A DNA stretch of 32,000 bases from Geotalea uraniireducens Rf4 (GTDB lineage: Bacteria; Desulfobacterota; Desulfuromonadia; Geobacterales; Geobacteraceae), in the NCBI RefSeq assembly GCF_000016745.1, contig NC_009483.1:2400001-2432000 (forward strand), read 5' to 3'. The notes beneath the pieces are model-generated. The model ran no database searches. It was not told where the DNA came from and saw only the letters and a program-made list of their open reading frames with translations. The translations under genes were made by a program, and so were the position numbers. Positions 27,815-32,000 of this stretch are shown here, one piece after another (the first letter of the stretch is position 1; every line of letters starts with the position of its first letter).

Positions 27815-28516
27815 CGGCGGAACCAGACGAATCGGTGCCTGAAAGAAATCGCCGTAATAACTTTCCGGCAAAGGGGGGAGGGGGCCCGCAGCCTCCAGCG
27901 CCTTAAGAACTTCTTTGTCGTATGCGGCGTTACCCGAGCCGCGGATCAACTGTTTTGCAACAATTTCCCCGTTTCTTGCCACGATGATGTTCATCACCAC
28001 TTCCCTGATTCCCTTCCGATCTATGTTTTTATCAATCCACCATTTCTCGTTGATGTTTTGCAGCATGCTGAAATAGTACATGCGTATGTCATCTCGCAAG
28101 GTTTCTCCTTCGGCCAGGCTGCGGAAAAATCCCCTGGTTATTCCGAGGCCGAGAGATGCTTGCTGGACCGTTTCCTGCTTTGCGCCGACCGACTCCAGGT
28201 TCTGCTGCAAATCGTTTTGCAGTTTATCAAATTCTGACGTGGTGGGTAAATCTGTCGGAGGGGGAGGGTTGGGCTGCTCCGTTGCCGGTGCAGGTACGTC
28301 TGTTTCTGTTTTGGGAGTGTCGGAGGTAACCGGCGCGGTCATGGACAAGTCCAAATAGGTCATAGACCTGCCGGCTGTTCCCTGATACTTGCTGAAGAGA
28401 AAATATGCGGATACAGCAACGTGTAACAGAAACGACATCATCAGCATTTTGCCGAAAAAATTGCCTTGTGTCTGCGTCTGGACAGATGTTTGCAACTCCT
28501 GTATCGATTCGCCCAT
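27794..28516 (-). CDS. TonB-family energy transducer
   Basis: It has one N-terminal TM segment (MLMMSFLLHVAVSAYFLF), a Pro-rich spacer (PAPATEQPNPPPPTDLP) and a TonB C-terminal fold motif (VVMNIIVARNGEIVAKQLIRGSGNAAYDKEVLKALE). The start is probably ATG 28516 (GGAAGG upstream) or 28534. Confidence 0.8.
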   Translation of the reverse strand: MGESIQELQTSVQTQTQGNFFGKMLMMSFLLHVAVSAYFLFSKYQGTAGRSMTYLDLSMTAPVTSDTPKTETDVPAPATEQPNPPPPTDLPTTSEFDKLQNDLQQNLESVGAKQETVQQASLGLGITRGFFRSLAEGETLRDDIRMYYFSMLQNINEKWWIDKNIDRKGIREVVMNIIVARNGEIVAKQLIRGSGNAAYDKEVLKALEAAGPLPPLPESYYGDFFQAPIRLVPPLNLLAS

Positions 28517-28726
28517 TACCCTTCCTAAATCCATATAATACCAATCCCAAATCAAGGCGCTATCTTTGTTGGCTCGTCTTCGGCTCCTCAACGTACGCAG
28601 TTGTACGCCTTCGTCGCCTCAATCCTCGCCGCCCTGATTTCATCCTTGATTTGAAATCGGAATAAGTGTGCATTTGCCGATGGTGGAATTGTGTAAATAT
28701 AGCAAATTATCGGCCATGATGGCAAT

Positions 28727-28761
28727 TAAAAGAAAAGGGGCCGCTCTGATCAAGCGGCCCC
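28727..28761 (-). terminator. Rho-independent terminator of maeB
   Basis: The 9-bp stem GGGGCCGCT(28737-28745)/AGCGGCCCC(28753-28761) is followed on the minus strand by TTTTCTTTT. Confidence 0.8.
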
Positions 28762-28806
28762 TTTATTATATGGCAGTTAAGGTTAAGAAATACGTCTTCT
28801 CAGTCC

Positions 28807-31065
28807 TTACGAATTTTGTGCGTCGACTACTGCAATCGCAGCCATATTGACGATGTCGCTTACGTCGTCGCCCCGCTGGAGGACATGCACCGGCTTGTTC
28901 ATTCCCATCAGGATCGGACCGATGGCCTCGGCTCCACCCAGGTGGTGGAGGAGCTTGTAGCAGATGTTTCCCGAGTTCAGGTCAGGGAATATGAGAACAT
29001 TGGCCGCTTCCTGAAGGGCCGCAAAGGGGAAGCTCTTCTGCAGGATCTCCGAAACGACAGCGGTGTCCGACTGCATCTCGCCGTCAACGATGAGGCCCGG
29101 AGCCTTTTCCTTGACGATCTCCACCGCCCGCTTCACCTTCTTTGCCAGAGGATGGTTGACCGACCCGAAGTTGGAAAAGGAGAGCATGGCAACGGTTGGC
29201 TCGATGTCGAGCAGGCGCGCCTTTTCGGCAGCGAGGATGGCGGTCTCGGCAAGCTCCTCGGCAGTCGGTTCGATGCTGACCGTGGTGTCGGCCAGGAGGA
29301 AGATACCCTTCTTGAAGACCATCATGTAGAGGCCGTGGACGCTGGAGAGTCCTGGCTGCTTGCCGATCACCTCCAGGGCGGGGCGGATGGTTTCAGGATA
29401 ATGGGTATCGATACCGGCAAGCAGGGTATCCGCGTCCCCCTGACGCACCATCATGCAGCCGAAATGGGTGCGGGATTTGCGGGTCATCAGGCGCCGGGCC
29501 TCGGAAAGGGTCAGTCCCTTGCGCTGCCGCAGGCGGAAGAGCTCCTCCGCGTACGCTTCGGATTTTTCAAAAGTGGCCGGGTCGATGATCGACACGCTGC
29601 CGTTGAAGTCGAGCCCCAGCTCCTCCATCTTCGCCGTAATCTTGTCATGGTTCCCGATGAGGACCGGGTGGGCAATCCCCTCTTCGATGAGGATGTGGGC
29701 CGCCCTGAGGATTTTCTCGTTGTCCCCTTCCGGGAAGACGATCCGTTTCGGATCACATTTGGCCTTGTTGATGAGTAGCCGCAGGGTCTCCTTCGCCTTT
29801 CCCTGCAATGCCTCCAGGTGCTCGATGTACTTGTCCATGTCGGCAATCGGCTGGCGGGCAACCCCTGAGTCCATCGCCGCCTTGGCGACAGCCGGGGCTA
29901 CCCGCAAGAGGGCGCGGGGGTCGAACGGCTTGGGGATGATGTAGTCGCGGCCAAAGGAAAACTTGACATTGCCGTAGGCACGGCAGACCGAGTCCGGGCA
30001 CTCCTCCCGGGCCAGTTCGGCCAGGGCGAACACCGCCGCCTTTTTCATCTCCTCGTTGATGGTGGTGGCCCGTACGTCGAGGGCGCCGCGGAAGATGAAA
30101 GGGAAGCCGAGGACGTTGTTCACCTGGTTGGGGTAGTCGGAGCGGCCGGTGGCTACGAGAACGTCACCCCTAACCGCCCGAGCCTCTTCCGGGGTTATTT
30201 CCGGGTCCGGGTTGGCCATGGCGAAGATGATCGGGTTGGCTGCCATCTTGCGCACCATCTCCGGGGTGAACGCCCCCTTGGAGGAGAGGCCGAACAGAAC
30301 GTCCGCCCCATCTGCGGCTTCTTCCAGGGTGCGGAGCTTTGTTTCGACGGCAAAGCGCTCCTTGTACTTGTTCATCCCCTCGGCGCGCCCCTTGTAGATG
30401 ACCCCCTTGGTGTCGCACATTATCAGTTTTTCCGGTTTTACGCCCAGGGAGATGGCCAGGTTGGCGCAGGCGATGGCTGCCGCTCCGGCGCCGTTGATCA
30501 CCAGCCTGATTTCGCCGATCTTCTTGCCGATCAGTTCCAGGGCATTGATGAGGGCAGCGGAGGAGATGATGGCAGTACCATGCTGGTCGTCATGGAAAAC
30601 CGGAATGTTCATGGTTTTCTTAAGTTCTTCCTCGATATAGAAGCATTCCGGAGCCTTTATATCCTCAAGGTTGATGCCACCGAATGTGGGCTCAAGCAAC
30701 TGGCAGACTTTAATGACTTCATCCGGGTTTTCAGAATTAACTTCGAGGTCGAAGACATCAATATCGGCAAAACGCTTGAAAAGAACCCCTTTACCTTCCA
30801 TAACCGGTTTGCCGGCAAGCGCTCCGATGTTGCCCAGACCCAAGACGGCAGTTCCGTTTGAGATTACGGCAACCAGATTCCCTTTTGCGGTATATTTGAA
30901 GGCGTCTTCCGGGTTTTTTTCAATTTCCAGGCAAGGTTCGGCGACACCCGGAGAATATGCCAGGGAAAGATCTCTGGAGGTAAGACATGGTTTTGAAGAA
31001 ATTACTTCTATCTTTCCTTTACGACCGCTTGAATGGTATTCCAGTGCATCCATTTTTTTTGTCAT
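28807..31065 (-). CDS. maeB: NADP-dependent malic enzyme (malic enzyme domain fused to a phosphotransacetylase-like domain)
   Basis: The 752-aa ORF has an N-terminal [11 protein letters not shown]...[15 protein letters not shown]...FHDDQHGTA and a C-terminal PTA-like half. AGGAGG precedes the ATG. Confidence 0.95.
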   Translation of the reverse strand: MTKKMDALEYHSSGRKGKIEVISSKPCLTSRDLSLAYSPGVAEPCLEIEKNPEDAFKYTAKGNLVAVISNGTAVLGLGNIGALAGKPVMEGKGVLFKRFADIDVFDLEVNSENPDEVIKVCQLLEPTFGGINLEDIKAPECFYIEEELKKTMNIPVFHDDQHGTAIISSAALINALELIGKKIGEIRLVINGAGAAAIACANLAISLGVKPEKLIMCDTKGVIYKGRAEGMNKYKERFAVETKLRTLEEAADGADVLFGLSSKGAFTPEMVRKMAANPIIFAMANPDPEITPEEARAVRGDVLVATGRSDYPNQVNNVLGFPFIFRGALDVRATTINEEMKKAAVFALAELAREECPDSVCRAYGNVKFSFGRDYIIPKPFDPRALLRVAPAVAKAAMDSGVARQPIADMDKYIEHLEALQGKAKETLRLLINKAKCDPKRIVFPEGDNEKILRAAHILIEEGIAHPVLIGNHDKITAKMEELGLDFNGSVSIIDPATFEKSEAYAEELFRLRQRKGLTLSEARRLMTRKSRTHFGCMMVRQGDADTLLAGIDTHYPETIRPALEVIGKQPGLSSVHGLYMMVFKKGIFLLADTTVSIEPTAEELAETAILAAEKARLLDIEPTVAMLSFSNFGSVNHPLAKKVKRAVEIVKEKAPGLIVDGEMQSDTAVVSEILQKSFPFAALQEAANVLIFPDLNSGNICYKLLHHLGGAEAIGPILMGMNKPVHVLQRGDDVSDIVNMAAIAVVDAQNS

Positions 31066-31329
31066 TAAAAGTTTCCTCCTGGCAAATTGACCTGTTTTTA
31101 CTGTGGGTAAAATTTAGTTTGACGTCTAATTGTAACATGGTTTCTGAAAACCTAGTAATACCGAATGGTGATACATTACTCACTTTGATTATTGGTTGTC
31201 AAGAATTTATTCCCGGTAAAATAGAAAAACATTTTATTTTTAAGTTAATCATACTCTAAAAAGTTGTAAAGTTAGTGTATTTAAGATAATAATCCTGATA
31301 TTTACAAGTGCAAGAAGGGAAGCGTGCAT

Positions 31330-31827
31330 ATGGAAAGAATTTGGGCTCCATGGCGGATGGAATACATCGAAAATTGCAAGCCGGCCACCTGCATTTTTTG
31401 TGTCAGCAATGACGATGGCCGGGACAGGGAGCGGTTAATTCTTCATCGCAGCACCCTGTCGCTGGTAATGCTGAACCGTTACCCTTACACGAACGGACAT
31501 CTCATGATCGCACCATTTCGTCATACCGCCGATATGAGTACTCTTTCAGAAGAAGAAATGCTGGATCTCTTCAAGACTTTGAATCTTTGCCGCACCATCC
31601 TGCAGGAAACCGCCTCGCCGGAGGGATTCAATATCGGCATAAATCTTGGAAAATCAGCAGGAGCCGGCATTGACGACCATCTGCATTTGCATATTGTGCC
31701 GCGATGGAACGGTGACACGAATTTCATGTCCGTTATCGCTGATCTGCGGGTTATGCCGGAGAATCTGTTGACAACCTATGACCGGCTCCGTCCCGCTTTC
31801 CTTGCTGCACGAAAGGTGACGGCATGA
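31330..31827 (+). CDS. HIT-family nucleotide hydrolase/transferase
   Basis: It has the histidine triad HLHLHIVPRW and NRYPYTNGHLMI. The start is ATG 31330 (or GTG 31324). Confidence 0.85.
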   Translation: MERIWAPWRMEYIENCKPATCIFCVSNDDGRDRERLILHRSTLSLVMLNRYPYTNGHLMIAPFRHTADMSTLSEEEMLDLFKTLNLCRTILQETASPEGFNIGINLGKSAGAGIDDHLHLHIVPRWNGDTNFMSVIADLRVMPENLLTTYDRLRPAFLAARKVTA

Positions 31828-32000
31828 TGTCGGGTTCTGCCGAGAAAATCTGCATCGGCATCGATGTCGGGGGGACAAATCTCAGATTTGCCCTGGTAGA
31901 CGAACTGGGTAAGGTTTTATTCAGGGAACGTCGATCGACAGAAATTCACCAAGGAAAAGAACAGTTTCTCAAACGGTTTTTCTCGGTTATCGCGTCATTA
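31824..32000 (+). CDS. ROK-family protein (glucokinase/repressor-like), 3'-truncated by the window edge
   Basis: This ORF is not in the track because it has no stop in the window. ATG 31824 overlaps the HIT stop (ATGA). The translation is MMSGSAEKICIGIDVGGTNLRFALVDELGKVLF..., with the ROK/sugar-kinase phosphate-1 motif GIDVGGTN. Confidence 0.75.
   Translation, partial: MMSGSAEKICIGIDVGGTNLRFALVDELGKVLFRERRSTEIHQGKEQFLKRFFSVIASL

Noticed and set aside
28668-28850. 60-aa plus-strand ORF between the tonB-like gene and maeB
   Set aside because: It runs through the maeB terminator hairpin and into the maeB 3' end. It has no RBS, and its Lys-rich, AT-driven translation looks spurious.

Overview
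This is a bacterial chromosomal window dominated by housekeeping genes. The protein set has a delta-proteobacterial (Desulfuromonadales-like) feel, but that is a low-confidence inference. All calls were made by eye from the sequence and the ORF track, with no database searches.

Gene order:
- The 3' end of an Opp/Dpp-type ABC permease gene and a second permease gene. The two are separated by a 120-bp palindromic repeat element carrying a complete group II intron with its RT/maturase ORF.
- A translationally coupled pair: an acidic 173-aa hypothetical protein and a DUF815/COG2607-type AAA ATPase.
- On the minus strand: pepF, a secreted protein, tRNA-Leu(CAG), an Slp-type lipoprotein, tRNA-Leu(GAG), and secG-tpiA-pgk-gap.
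- On the plus strand: an orphan HAMP/PAS histidine kinase, an MBL-fold hydrolase, and purB-mscS-purL(PurS-fused)-purQ-purF-pyrE.
- A CxxCxxCC cysteine-cluster protein, a large TPR protein with an acidic linker, a convergent TonB-family gene, maeB, a HIT-family gene, and the start of a ROK-family gene.

Most interesting observations:
1. The intron boundaries can be fixed at 641/2713. Splicing restores the GCCACGAAT terminus of an inverted array of 10-bp-phased CACGAAT repeats, and EBS1/EBS2 candidates inside the intron pair with the 11 nt before the 5' junction.
2. A family of heptanucleotide tandem arrays (GATGGTN, GAACGTA) occurs in operon spacers.
3. A 187-nt near-perfect hairpin sits between pyrE and the next gene. 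Its G-U pairs favour the plus strand.
4. A roughly 9-kb low-GC block (about 7.0-16.1 kb) contains the glycolytic core genes.

No recognisable defence system, CRISPR array or prophage was seen.
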